Shown piece after piece: positions 27,591 through 41,555 of a DNA stretch of 64,000 nt. Origin of the DNA: the human T2T-CHM13v2.0 reference genome, Homo sapiens; the NCBI RefSeq assembly GCF_009914755.1, contig NC_060941.1, one strand, 5' to 3'. The notes beneath the pieces were generated by a model, which saw only the letters and a program-made list of their open reading frames with translations, made no database searches and had not been told where the DNA came from. Made by a program: the position numbers and the translations under genes. Position 1 is the first letter of the stretch; every line of letters starts with the position of its first letter.

Positions 27591-29025
27591 CCTTCAGTCC
27601 TGCTGCTGGATCCATCTGGTTAGTGGCTTCTGACTCAGAGGACCTTCATCCCCTGGGGCAATTGGCCTTCCAGTGATTCCCTTGACATAAGGGGTATGGA
27701 CAAGGGGGCAGCTTATTTCTACTTGGACAATCTTTTTTAAAGTGTCCTCGTAGGCCACACTGGAAGCAAGCCCTATTAGGCATTCAATTTGCCCAGCTTT
27801 TCCCTTTTCCAGAGTCTCCAAAGTCCGCTTGCCTGAGGGCCATGACTAAAGTGGTGGCCTTTTTTTTTTGTCCCGTTTGTCCCGTTCTGCCTGCTCCTCC
27901 TGATTTCTATTATAAAAAAACCGAAGTTGCCAAGTTCAATAGGGTTTCTAAGTTTTGCTCTGGGCGTAAGGCAGACTTTGAAGTTTTTTCTAATGTCTGC
28001 AGCTGACTGAGTGATAAACTTATCCTTTAAGATTAGTTGGCCTTCAATAGAGTCAGGTGACAGAGAGGTATGCTTTCTCAATGCCTCCCTTAGTCTCTCC
28101 AGAAAGGCGGTAGGATTTTCTTCCTTTCCCTGTGTTATAGTGGACATCAGTGAATAATTCATAGGCTTCTTCCTAGTTTTCCTTAGTCCTTCTAGCACGC
28201 AAGTTAGCAAATGTCTGTGGCACCAATCTCCATGTTCTGATTCTGTGTCCCAATGAGGGTCTACACTGGGAACTGCCTGCTGGCCTGTGGGGAATTGTTC
28301 TCTTTCCTCTGTTGTCATCCTATCATTGACCTAACTGAAATACCAGAGATTGCCAAACTCTTGGGCTGCAGTTATGGCAGCACTTCTCTCATTTGGGGTT
28401 AGTGTCTGATTTAGCAGTAACATTATATCTCTCCATATCAGATCAAAGGATTGTCCTAACCCTTGTAAAGCATCAGTATAGCCATCAGGGTTATATGAGA
28501 ATTTACCTAGGTCTATTAAGTCTGAGAGAGAAAAAGGTACATGCACTCTGGCTGGACCAAATTCTCCTCCTCCCACTGCTTGGAGTGGGCATAATCGGGG
28601 AATATTGGCACTCTTTGGTTTGTTGTTTACCCCTTTGTCTATCTCCTTTTGTACCGTTTGGGTTGAAAGGGGGTCCTTATTAGTTGGGGAAGGAGTCGGG
28701 GGGACGCTGGGGTAGGGAGGTAGACTCTGAGGGCTTCCTGTAGGGCATAAATCACACTTTTTACATAATTGCGAGTTGTCTCTTAATGAAAAGAAAGTTT
28801 GTACATATGGCACTTCACTCAATTTGCCTTCTTTTCTACAAAAGAGATCTAGCTGTAAGATGGTGTTATAATTTATACTTCCCTCAGGAGGCCAGGTTTC
28901 TCCCCCTTGAAGAGGATATCATGGCCAGGCAGTACTGCAGAAGAATATAAGTCATAGCGTCTGAGGGTCAAATTGGTCCCAGTTCTCCAGAATACATCTT
29001 AAGGGCATTTTTGCCTTGGAGAGAA
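27590..29025 (-). pseudogene. HERV-W gag, disrupted
   Basis: ORFs 28331-28822 and 27776-28318 contain the major homology region QGKEENPTAFLERLREAL. The NC zinc knuckle CFQCGLRGHFKKDC lies near 27725-27770. The start codon appears mutated and several frameshifts are present. Confidence 0.9.
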
Positions 29026-30119
29026 CATTTCTCTTCTGGAAAAAGAACAGGGATGCCAGCACCCCTACTCATTTTCCAATGAGCATTAGTCCTAGAGCGT
29101 CCTTTATGGTCCTAATGCTTATTCCTTTCCAGGGTGCGTCACCACCCATGGACCTCTGTTTATCGGTTTAGTTACACTCACCGATGTAGCAGTCCTGCAC
29201 CTGTTTTCTCACCTTTCTTGACCACAAAGAAAGGGGTCCAGAGTGCTGGATTCTAGTCCTTTACCAGTGTGCCCAACGTTGCCTTTGTGCTCAGGGGTGA
29301 GTCCTAGAGCTGGGCTGGGTTCCTGAGTATTTCATAACAACCCAGCTGCCCCATCAAGATGCATTCCCATAAATAGTTCTTATGCAAATTCGTTTCAGAG
29401 AGGGTGTAGGTAACCTTTAGAGTCAGGATTGAGATAGTCTTTTTGATTCTGTAAGTACTTTAAGGCTTGGCTGAGTGCAAACAGCTCTCACGTTTGAGGA
29501 GACCAATTATTAGGCAATTTTTCTAACTCTGCTTCCACAAGATCCTCCCTATCAATTACTGAATACCCATTGTGGCTTTTTCCTCAATCACCTGGAAGGA
29601 ACCTTCTATTGTCCTGAAGGGAGTTCCTCCTAGGTCTGGTTGGTCCTTTGTATGGTAATTAAGATTTAAATCCCCTGTAAGGAAATCTGCTGGGTTAAGT
29701 GAACCATCAGTGGTGTTAAATTACCTTTTTCTAACAGAATAGCCCCATACTTTAAGATTTTTGAGTTAGTAAGCTACCTTTTTGCTTTTTTGACTTAGAA
29801 TAATTCTGAACTGGTGAGGTGTGCTCACAATGAGGTTTCCTCTAAAAGTTACTTTCCTACTTCTGTTAGCAAAGCAGTTGCCACTACAGGCTGAATGCCT
29901 CTGGGCCGTCCGTGGGTTACTGGGTTAAGGATTTTTGATAGGAAGGCTAAGGGTTGTCAGTGGTCTCAGTATTTTTAGGCTACACCCTTGTTTGCACTGA
30001 CAACAAGGTAGTATTGGAGTGTTATAGGGTCACGGAGAAGACCTTCAATTATCAATTATAGGTTTTAAATTTACCCTGGCTTTTAAAGGAATAGGGCACA
30101 CTGGTTTTTTACTATTTCT

Positions 30120-30230
30120 ATCTTTCTCTTTCTCTCTTCGACTCTCTTTTTCTCCTCTGTCTCTTTCGCCTCTCTGCCTGTTTCTCTCCTCTCTGCCTCT
30201 GTCTCTCTCCTCTCTGTCTCTTTTCTCTTA
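30120..30230. repeat. CT/AG-rich low-complexity tract in the HERV-W pre-gag leader
   Basis: Run of ctct/ctgtct units, typical of the HERV-W leader. Confidence 0.8.
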
Positions 30231-30918
30231 GCCATTTACAAACTTGGGGCCCTGGCAAGGGTGATGGGGAACGGATCCTACATAACTGCCCATGTCGAGA
30301 GCTGTATGCCTAAATTGGGAGGGACAAGACACCAGGAACAAGACTCCCTGGGTTTATAGCCTAGATGCCTAAGGACGCAGCAGCGTAGAGCTTCCTTAGA
30401 TCCCTTTGGAGATACAACTTGCTAGAGGAAATGAAAGTCTGAATCATTAGTACCTAGGAGGCAGGGATCAGAGGAAGTAGATTCAGAGGTAAGAAGAATT
30501 TGGGGGCTACACTTTCAAGAAAGTCGTGGTCGGGACCCAGGAGGTATGGGTTAGAAGGAAAGGTAGGGGTGCACGCATGGGCGACTGTTGAATAGAGACT
30601 TCTGGCTGTGCCATGATCTCAACTGGCTGAAGCCGGGAGTTCGCGACGACAGCTTTCTTACTCTAGTCGGCCCTTGGCTTCCCCAAGAAAATTGAAAGCG
30701 GAAGCTGGTTCTAGGCAGACGAATGCTCCCAACCCAGAAGGGTTGGGAGTTGTTAGAAAGCCCTTTCCCAGACAGCCTCACACCTGAGTCTTAAGTCTGG
30801 CAGCCATGCTAATCATTTTTAACTGGCCGACAGGTGCCCAGTATTTTCCTCCAATTCTAAGGAAAGATAGGACAGAATAGCAAGCAAAAGTGGTCCAATA
30901 TTACTCACTGCTTTGGAG

Positions 30919-30936
30919 GTCCCTTCGTGGTCGCCA
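30919..30936 (-). promoter_or_regulatory. Primer-binding site of tRNA-Arg type (TGGCGACCACGAAGGGAC)
   Basis: Lies 3 nt after the U5 terminal CA. It is complementary to GTCCCTTCGTGGTCGCCA, the recalled 3' end of a human tRNA-Arg(TCG). A major splice donor GCA|GTGAGT follows at 30903-30908. Confidence 0.8.
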
Positions 30937-30939
30937 AAA

Positions 30940-31440
30940 TGTTACTGGAGGTCCTTGCTCCCAGGGCTCCCAGGATGGTGGTGGGCCGCTTCCAAGATGG
31001 TGGCAAGCCTCGTGTTCTCTGACCTTGGGTTCTTGGCCTCATGGATTCCAAGGAATGGAATCTTGAGCCATGTGGTGAGTGTTAGAGCTCTATTAGAAGC
31101 CGTGGGTCACGGAAGAGAACCCACAGAACCCAGTGACTAGTATTGAGCTCGATTAGGACGCACCCGGGCGCTTAGCCGTGCAGGAACAATGGCAAGCCTT
31201 TAGCCCGATCAGGAACGGCAATGGGCAACTTGCTGGATCAGGAGCACAGCGGACACTCTGCCGGATTGAGAGGGATGGAAGTCAGCAGCGGGTCTGCGAT
31301 GGCAGCAAACAGCAGTGGTGGACAGCGAGCGAAAACTCAGCTCCAGCCATAACAAACACAGACCAGAAGAGTACAGTTGCAAGATTTAATAGAGTGAAAA
31401 CAGAGCTCCCATAGAAAGGGAGGGGACCCAAAGAGGGTAG
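30940..31440 (-). mobile_element. 5' LTR17 (R-U5 only)
   Basis: Begins CTACCCTCTTTGGGTCCCCTCCC, the same R sequence as in the 3' LTR, and ends ...CCAGTAACA before the PBS. Confidence 0.9.
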
Positions 31441-31474
31441 TCCGAGTTTGTTTATTTTCAATTTACATGAGGTG

Positions 31475-31903
31475 TGTTTCATGCATCCGTGTGAAGAGAC
31501 CACCAAAGAGGCTTTGTTTAAGCAACAAGGCTGTTTATTTCACCTGGGTGCAAACAGGCTGAGTCCAAAAAAGGAGTCAGCAAAGGGTGGTGGGATTATC
31601 ATTGGTTCTTACAGGTTTTGGGATAGGCGGTGGAGTTAAGAGCAATGTTTTGGGGGCAGGGGGTGGATCTCACAAAATACATTCTCAAGGATGGGGAGAA
31701 TTACAAAGAAACTTCTTAAGGGTGGGGGAGATTATAAAGAACATTGATCAGTTAGGGTGGGGCAGAAACAAATCACAATGGTGGAATGTCATCAGTTAAG
31801 CTATTTTCACTTTTGTGGATCTTCAGTTGCTTCAGGCCATCTGGATGTATACGTGCAGGTCACTGGGGATATGATGGCTTAGCTTAGGCTCAGAGCCCTG
31901 ACA
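31475..31903 (-). mobile_element. Solo HERV-H LTR7 (probably LTR7B-like), complete
   Basis: The minus strand reads TGTCAGGGCTCTGAGCCTAAGCTAAGCCATCATATCCCC...CACACGGATGCATGAAACA, with TG...CA ends. A perfect 5-bp TSD AGGTG is at 31470-31474 and 31904-31908. AATAAA is at 31534-31539. Confidence 0.92.
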
Positions 31904-31909
31904 AGGTGT

Positions 31910-34100
<2,191 letters not shown>

Positions 34101-34181
34101 ATCCTCCTCCCTGCATTAGGCCCTAGGTGCTTTCCTCTTGCTTGCAGGTTTTAAGCCATCAAGAATTAGCAGATTCTTGGG

Positions 34182-34465
<284 letters not shown>

Positions 34466-35369
34466 CATAATCATAATTTTTTTATAAAAGGAATTAGCAC
34501 CCATTGTCTTTATGCTCACTTACCTCTGCGTATTGTTGTTTCTTCATAAATTTTGGTATCACTCCCTCTCCTAAGCCGACCCAAGCATTTAAGGTGTTTG
34601 TGGATGTTATTGTTTATTATTATCTAGTAGTTTTTAAAAACTTTACTGGCAGGATTCCTCCAGGATCTTTTCTGTACTATCAGAAATAGTTACATTTTAA
34701 CTTTCACATAAATTATAAAATGTTACTATGTTATTTTTTAGAAAAAAATGAGGATTTCTTAAAAATTTATCAAACGAAAATGACTCAAGAATAGTTTCAC
34801 AATATGTATCAAAATTTGAATTTTGCCTATGATTTTCAGGCAATAATTCCTCATTTAAGAAATTTTCCTAAGTAAATAATTGGACAGGGGCACAAAGATG
34901 TATGTGGAAGGCTGTTCACAGTGGCATTGTTTATATTAGTGAAAAATTCATGGCAATCAATAGGAGCTTGATTTAATAACACATGATATATTTAAGAGCT
35001 GTGTTCATTGACATGGAATGCCTTTTTTTTTTTTCAGTTCTGTCCCTTCTGTAGGAGTGCCTTTTTAAAATAGTTTTGTTCATCAATAAAATTCTGAAAG
35101 CTTTATATACCAAAATATTAATAGTGGTTGTTGCTTGCTAGTGAACTTTTAGATGTTATTCACTTCTTTCTAGATTATTTGAATTTCTCTAATCATGAAA
35201 ACATAAAATATGCAGTATCAAGGCATATATACTTTCTGTTATTTTTTTTTTTTATTCTACCCTACTCCTTTCCTTCATTCTCATGGCAATGAAGGAGGTT
35301 GTCAGAAGAGGTTGTAAGTGAATCCAATTCAGCCATCTTAGATTACCAAAGATTACAAAGTTATTTATT

Positions 35370-35890
35370 TTTACTCAACAAATATTTATTGTTTACTTCC
35401 TCTGGTTGAGGCATTTTAGTGTTTTGGCACTGTAAAATTGGTGGTATACAAGACAAAAAGTTGTTTCCTGGTATTTATAATTCATTGTAGTGGGGGAAGT
35501 AGAAAATTCAAAAAACAAGTGAATAACAAGAGTACATGTCAGACAATAAGACATGGTAGATTATTTCAGATTGATAGTCACGGAAGAGCTGTCTGAGAAG
35601 GTGAAATTTAAACTGAGACATGAAGCGTGAGAATTATGGTGCTAGGGAAAAACTTCTGAGATATAAGGGAACAATTAATGCAAAAGTACTAAGACAGGAT
35701 GGAGCCTGGACTATTTTAAGAAAAAAAGAAATGTGTTCCTGGCATCATGTGATCAAGGGAAGGAGTGGTACTAACGACGTAAGTCAGGGAGATAATCAGA
35801 TTATTTCTTTATAGGCCAAGGTGAGGTCTCTGGATTTTATTCTGAGTTCAGTAAAAAGCCATTGAGCCATTTTTAATAGGAAAGTGACCA
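35370..35890. mobile_element. L2 fragment
   Basis: Begins with the L2 tail motif caacaaatatttattg. Confidence 0.6.
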
Positions 35891-36213
35891 ATGTGTGTGT
35901 ATATATGTTGGTGAGTGTACATTTTTTGACTCTTCATTGTGGAAAATTTCAAATGTATATCTGGAAAATGATTTTTGCCTAGTAACAACTAAATGGCATA
36001 ACTTACAGCCATAAATGTTTAACTTGGAGTTTATGAGCCCCAGAAATTCTAGATTAAAATTTGCATACATGGCTATATTCTGGGAGCGGGTCCGTAGTTC
36101 TTAATGGACTTTCAAAAGTATCTATGTAATCCTTGAACAGTTAGGAACAGAACTTCTAATTCTGGCAACATTGTATAATCCAGGAAATCCAGAAGCCACT
36201 CCTGCCATGAATA

Positions 36214-36568
36214 TAGGGTTGAGTCTCCCTTATCCAAAATGGTGGGAACCAGAAGTGTTTGAAACTTTTGATATTTTCAGATTTTGGAATATTTGCATGT
36301 ATATGTAATGAGATATCATGGGAATGGGACCTAAGTCTAAACAGGAAAATTTACGCCTGAGAAACATAGCCTGAAAGTAATTTTATATAATGTTTTAAAA
36401 TAGTTTTATCTATAAAACAAAGTTCATTATACACTGCACCATCAGAAAGCAAAGGTGTGGACTCAGCCACCCGTGTGGACAATTTGTGGTGTTGTTTTGG
36501 CACTCAAAAAGTTTTGGATTTGGGAGCATTTTCGATTTCGGATTTTTGGATTAGAGATGCTAAACCTG
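36214..36568. mobile_element. Tigger4/MER46-like DNA transposon
   Basis: Inverted termini ggttgagtctcccttatccaaaat and tttggattagagatgctaaacctg, with TA flanks. Confidence 0.8.
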
Positions 36569-37269
36569 TATATAGAAACAATGAATAAAATAAAGAAGTT
36601 TTTAAAATTTATAGTCAAGCTAGGAAGGAAGAAAAAAAAGAAGAATGGGTGAGAGGAGAGGAGGGATGGAAATCTCACAACAGAAGTGTGTGAGCACTTG
36701 TGTGAGTACTGACATCATATGGCTCAAGGAATGACTCAGACTTAGATATTGGGGCTCAGTTTTAACATGGCCTCAAGCCATTTTCAGTTGGAATTCTAGA
36801 ACTGGTATCTTTACTTAGAGAAACACAAGATTCTGCAAGGGCTGGTGGCCCTTTTCCAAAAAAAAAAAAAAAAAAAAAAAAGAAAACACTAGAGAAATGC
36901 TCCAACCCAAGGAAAATACAGATAACCCCAAAGAAAGATGATTGGTACAAATGAATGGACTATTTACAAAAGTAAAAAAACTGATGGCAGTTAAATATAT
37001 GAAAAGATGCCCTCTGCGAAAATGAAAATAAAGCAGCAGTGAGGTACAATTGCCTACTCATTAAGTGGACAAACATGGAGTAATTCTTCACAAAGATATA
37101 GAGAAATAGCTGGGAACTCTCATGTGATACTCACGGGATTGTAACTTTAGAGAACAATTTGGCAAAACTGAACCTGCTCACATCGTTTAACCTCACAATT
37201 CTACTTCTGGACATATACACTAGAGAAATTCTAGTGCCACCACATAAGGAGATATGTACAATGCAGTAG

Positions 37270-37590
37270 TAGTCAGAGCTTTTCAGCTATATCAGGTTCT
37301 CTTCCTTGTCAGCCGGTGATAGAATTGTACTTTCCCATGTTCTTTAATAAAGAGCCAGCGTGCAATTCATCATATTTCTTTCCTCTCTGCTATAGCAGGC
37401 AGCAAAACTTCTGATGGTGGAGGCTTTGACAGCTGGGGTTCCTAAGTGAAAAATACAGAGAAAGAGAAACCAGCTGACTCACATTGGATATGTAACATTA
37501 GCAAGGAGAAAATGAACCTTTGTCATTTCTAGGTTACTAAGACTTTGGGGTTAGAGAAACAATGGTGTAACTAGACCATCCTGACCAATA
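37270..37590. mobile_element. MLT1-type MaLR LTR fragment
   Basis: MLT1-like terminus ...ctagaccatcctgaccaata. Confidence 0.55.
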
Positions 37591-37796
37591 GATACAAGAA
37601 TATATCAGCATTATTTCAAAGAATAAATGATAGGAGACAGCCTAAATGTTCATCAATAAAAGAACTGATAAATCCATGGTAGCATGATTATTATCATCAT
37701 TATATGAGGAATACTATATGGTAAGGAAAATGAAGGAACAAGAGCCTCCTGCATCAGCCCAAATTTCACAATGTCATGTTTTAGTAAGTTATAGAT

Positions 37797-38112
<316 letters not shown>

Positions 38113-38139
38113 AGTAAGTTATAGATATTACTGTTGTCC

Positions 38140-39279
38140 TTATGAAATAAAACAAAATTATAGGAGAATACTATGAATAATTATATGCCATCAATTAGGT
38201 AAACTAGATTAAATGGAGAAATTCCTAGAAAGATGCAAACTACCAAGACTAACTCAAGAAGACATAGAAAAACTAAACAGACTATAACAAGTAAAAACAT
38301 TGAATTAGTAATCAAAAAAACTTTGTACAAATAGTTCCGGCCCATCTATTTATTTCAGGAATGCAAAATTGGTTTAATATAAGAAAATCAATATAATACC
38401 ATGTTAATAAAATAAAGGACAAAACCACATAATAGTCTTTTTTTATTAAAAGCAGATACTTGATTTTTTAATTCTTTTACGTGATGGTCTCAATAGACAC
38501 AAGAAAAATATCTGAGAAAACCTAACACCCTTGCATGATAAAAAATACCCAATAAACTAACAATAGAAAGGAATCTCCTAAACCTCAAAAAGAACATTTA
38601 TGTAAGCCTACTGCTAACATCATGCTTAATGGGAGAAAATTGGATGGTTCCTTCCTAACATCAGGAATAAGACAAGGATGTCTGCTTTACCACTTCTATT
38701 TTATGTTGCGTTGGAGGTTCTAGCCAGGATAATTAGACAAGAAAAAGAAATAAAAGGCATCCAGATTGCAGGAAGAATTAAAACTATCTCTATTCCCAGA
38801 TGATGTGATCTTGTATATAAGAAATCCTAAGGAATCCACCACAATATTATTAGACCTAAAAATGAGTTCAGCAAGTTTACAGTATACAAGATCATATATA
38901 AGAAGCAATTGTATTTCTATACACTAACAATGCACAGTGGACAATCTTTTACAATAGCATCTAAAAGAATAAAATATTTAGGAATAAATTTAAAAAAAGA
39001 AGTGCAAGACATATATACTTAAAACTACAAACCATCATTGAAAGAAATTGAAGAAGACCTAAATAAATGGAAAGACGTGTTGTGCTGATGAATCTATGAG
39101 CTTAATTATTAAGATAGCAATACTCCCCACGTCGGTATACAGATTTAATGCAATCTTTATCAAAATATCAGTTGGCTATTTTTCAGAAATGGATAAGGTG
39201 ACCCTAAAAGAAGGATCCATTTGTATGGAAATGCAAAAGACCCAAAATAGCTGAAACAGTCATGAAAAAGAAAAAAGTT
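38140..39279 (+). mobile_element. Old L1M ORF2 fragment
   Basis: Degenerate RT-region motifs (ggaataagacaaggatgtctg, gatgatgtgatcttgtatata); the element resumes after 40525. Confidence 0.85.
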
Positions 39280-40510
39280 TTTTTTTCCCCCCAAGATGGT
39301 AGATTAGAGCGGTATTAGCATGCCTGTCCTCCTTGGAAAGACAAAATAGTGTATAGATATTCACACTGTGAACCTTTTCCCAAGAAGCAACATAGGAACT
39401 TAACAGGAAAATGGAATAAAACCCCGAAACCCTTTGAAAGAAGCAGGAGGCTGCAGCCTACACTATGAGCCAGCCAAAAAACTAAGTCCCAAGAGTGTAA
39501 GATGGGTAGAGATACACACCCCAACTGGGGAACCTGGCAGTGTAGCTCACAGGGGAAGGCATTAACCCTACCCAGCACTGGAACTCATATAGGGGGCAGT
39601 GGGAAGAGCATAGCATGCATTTGCAGTCTATGGACCGAAGGAAGCTATTACTGATTCTATATTACAGGGGACTTTGTGGAAGTTGGCCAACTAACCCAGG
39701 CAGTGGTTGCAGGTTGAGAGAAGCTCCCAACTGAAATTCACAATATAATCTCAAATGCAGATGAACTCTCTTGTCGAGAACCAGGGGGCAAATGGGAAGT
39801 ATGCTGCGGCCTCAGGCAGAGGAGCTTGGGCACCCTGGCTTTGCAAGTAGACTGGAAAGGGTGTGGCCTGAAAGCCTAGGGTTCCCATCTCTATGTGAAA
39901 GTCTTATGACCTGGGGCAGTTTTGATTTTAGCTAGCTGAAATTTAGCTAGCTGCTGCTAGCCAATACCGCAAGTGAGAGACCTGCATTGCCAAGTGCATG
40001 GGAGCTAGATGAGGCTTACTGCCACCTGCTACTCCCTACTCCCTGTGTGAACTCTTCTGTGCAGCAGAGGCACCTATGCTTCTACCTAGAACAGTACTGC
40101 CCGTGGCCAGAGAACCACTCTCCAAACCCCACAGGGGCCACTGCTTGTCCTTCAGGTGGAGTCAGAGCACGGACTTGCCTGACCTAGCTCCCCCTGACTT
40201 TGCCCCTCCACCCACTCTGGTAGCTTAACACAAGGGACAGAAACTTGTGGGAACCCTATGGCCCTTCCTATCGCCCAAGATACTAGAGTACGTCCCTTGA
40301 GTATCATAAGGCAAGCACAAAGGAAGTGAAATAATGGACTTTGGAGACTCAGAAGGGGGATGGTGTGTGGGGCAAGGGATAAAAAACTACATATTGAGTA
40401 CAGTGAACACTACTCGGGTAAACAGGTAAACTAAAATCTCAGACTTCACCATTAATACAATTCATCTATGTAATCAAAAACTACTTGTATCCCAAAAGCT
40501 ATTGAAATAA
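39280..40510 (+). mobile_element. Internally deleted L1PB-like element (5'UTR fused to the 3' terminus)
   Basis: 5' caagatgg L1 start and 5'UTR to ~40318, then the L1PB 3' end to aataaa; 15-bp TSD aaaaagaaaaaagtt (39265-39279 and 40511-40525). Confidence 0.78.
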
Positions 40511-41469
40511 AAAAAGAAAAAAGTTGAACTCACACTTTCTGATTTGAAATATGTAGTAAGCCTTACTGTAGAGTGAAAAAAGCAAGTTTTAGAAAACTAT
40601 CTGTAGCATTTTTATGAAGCTAAAAAACCAGTAAAACAAAGTAACATGTTAGGAATACATATGTATGTGATAAAACCATTTTAAAATAAACAGATCAAGA
40701 ATGATAAAGAAGAAATCAATAGTTCAGAATTCATTAGTATGGTTACCTCTGGTGAAATACCATATCCATATTGTGATATGAATCCAACAGTATTCACAGT
40801 TTTATGCTGCTTAAGTGGATTCATAGGTGTTTTATTGTCCTACTTTAAAACTCATGTTTTTTTACATATATGCTTTTAGTATATACCAAATATTATATAA
40901 TAAAAAATTCATGGGAATAGTAAATCAAATATATGATAAGTCTTACCTCTGGGAATAAGTTCAAAAGGGGTTTTTATATGTTTTGGTTACATTCAAAAAC
41001 TGAAGTAAATATAGTTGACTGCTAAGCTTTAATGAAGCAAGATAGTAGATATCTATTACTTTATTATAGTATGTCCTATAACTTCTGTATTAATATTTTA
41101 TAATTTTTTAAAAAATCCAGATAATTCTTACAGCTGCTGAAGTCATTGGCATAAAGCAAAGAGCACTAGCACTTTGTAGCATTGTGTTCCATAGTGAAAA
41201 ATTGTGTATAATCTAAATGATTATCAGAAGGAGAATGCTTTAAAAAAAGTTCACTTCAGACAGTGTACAAACATAACAATTTTAAAAAGCATGCAATATT
41301 TGTAAAATGTACAGAATAGAAAGGAGTAATATATTGATAATTATTAACACTATAGTGTGACAATTTTTGCAAAAAATCCACAATTTATATAAATTTATAG
41401 GTACTATATTCATAGAAAAAAACCTGAAAAATTAGACACCAATTGTTAATATGGCAATTGTCTTCAGAG

Positions 41470-41555
41470 CAGTGGTTCTCAAGGGCAGGGCTGCAGTTTT
41501 TCTTCTTGGGACATTTGGCAGTGTCTGGAGACATTTTTGGTTGTCACAGCTGGAA
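41470..41555. mobile_element. MER20 fragment
   Basis: cagtggttctcaa...ggacatttggcagtgtctggagacatttttggttgtcac. Confidence 0.8.

Larger units (their letters stand above)
24438..31443 (-). mobile_element. HERV-W (HERV17/LTR17) processed pseudogene retrotransposed by L1 machinery
   Basis: The 5' end is R-U5 only, with no U3. The 3' end is U3-R followed directly by a poly(A) (T-run at 24438-24469). The flanks carry the direct repeat GTTTATTTTC (24428-24437 and 31450-31459). The interior has gag, pro, pol and env homology. Confidence 0.93.

Noticed and set aside
24438-31903. A single replication-competent provirus bounded by two LTRs
   Set aside because: The outer LTRs belong to different families (LTR17 and LTR7) with separate TSDs. 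gag and pol are frameshifted, and integrase and env are deleted.
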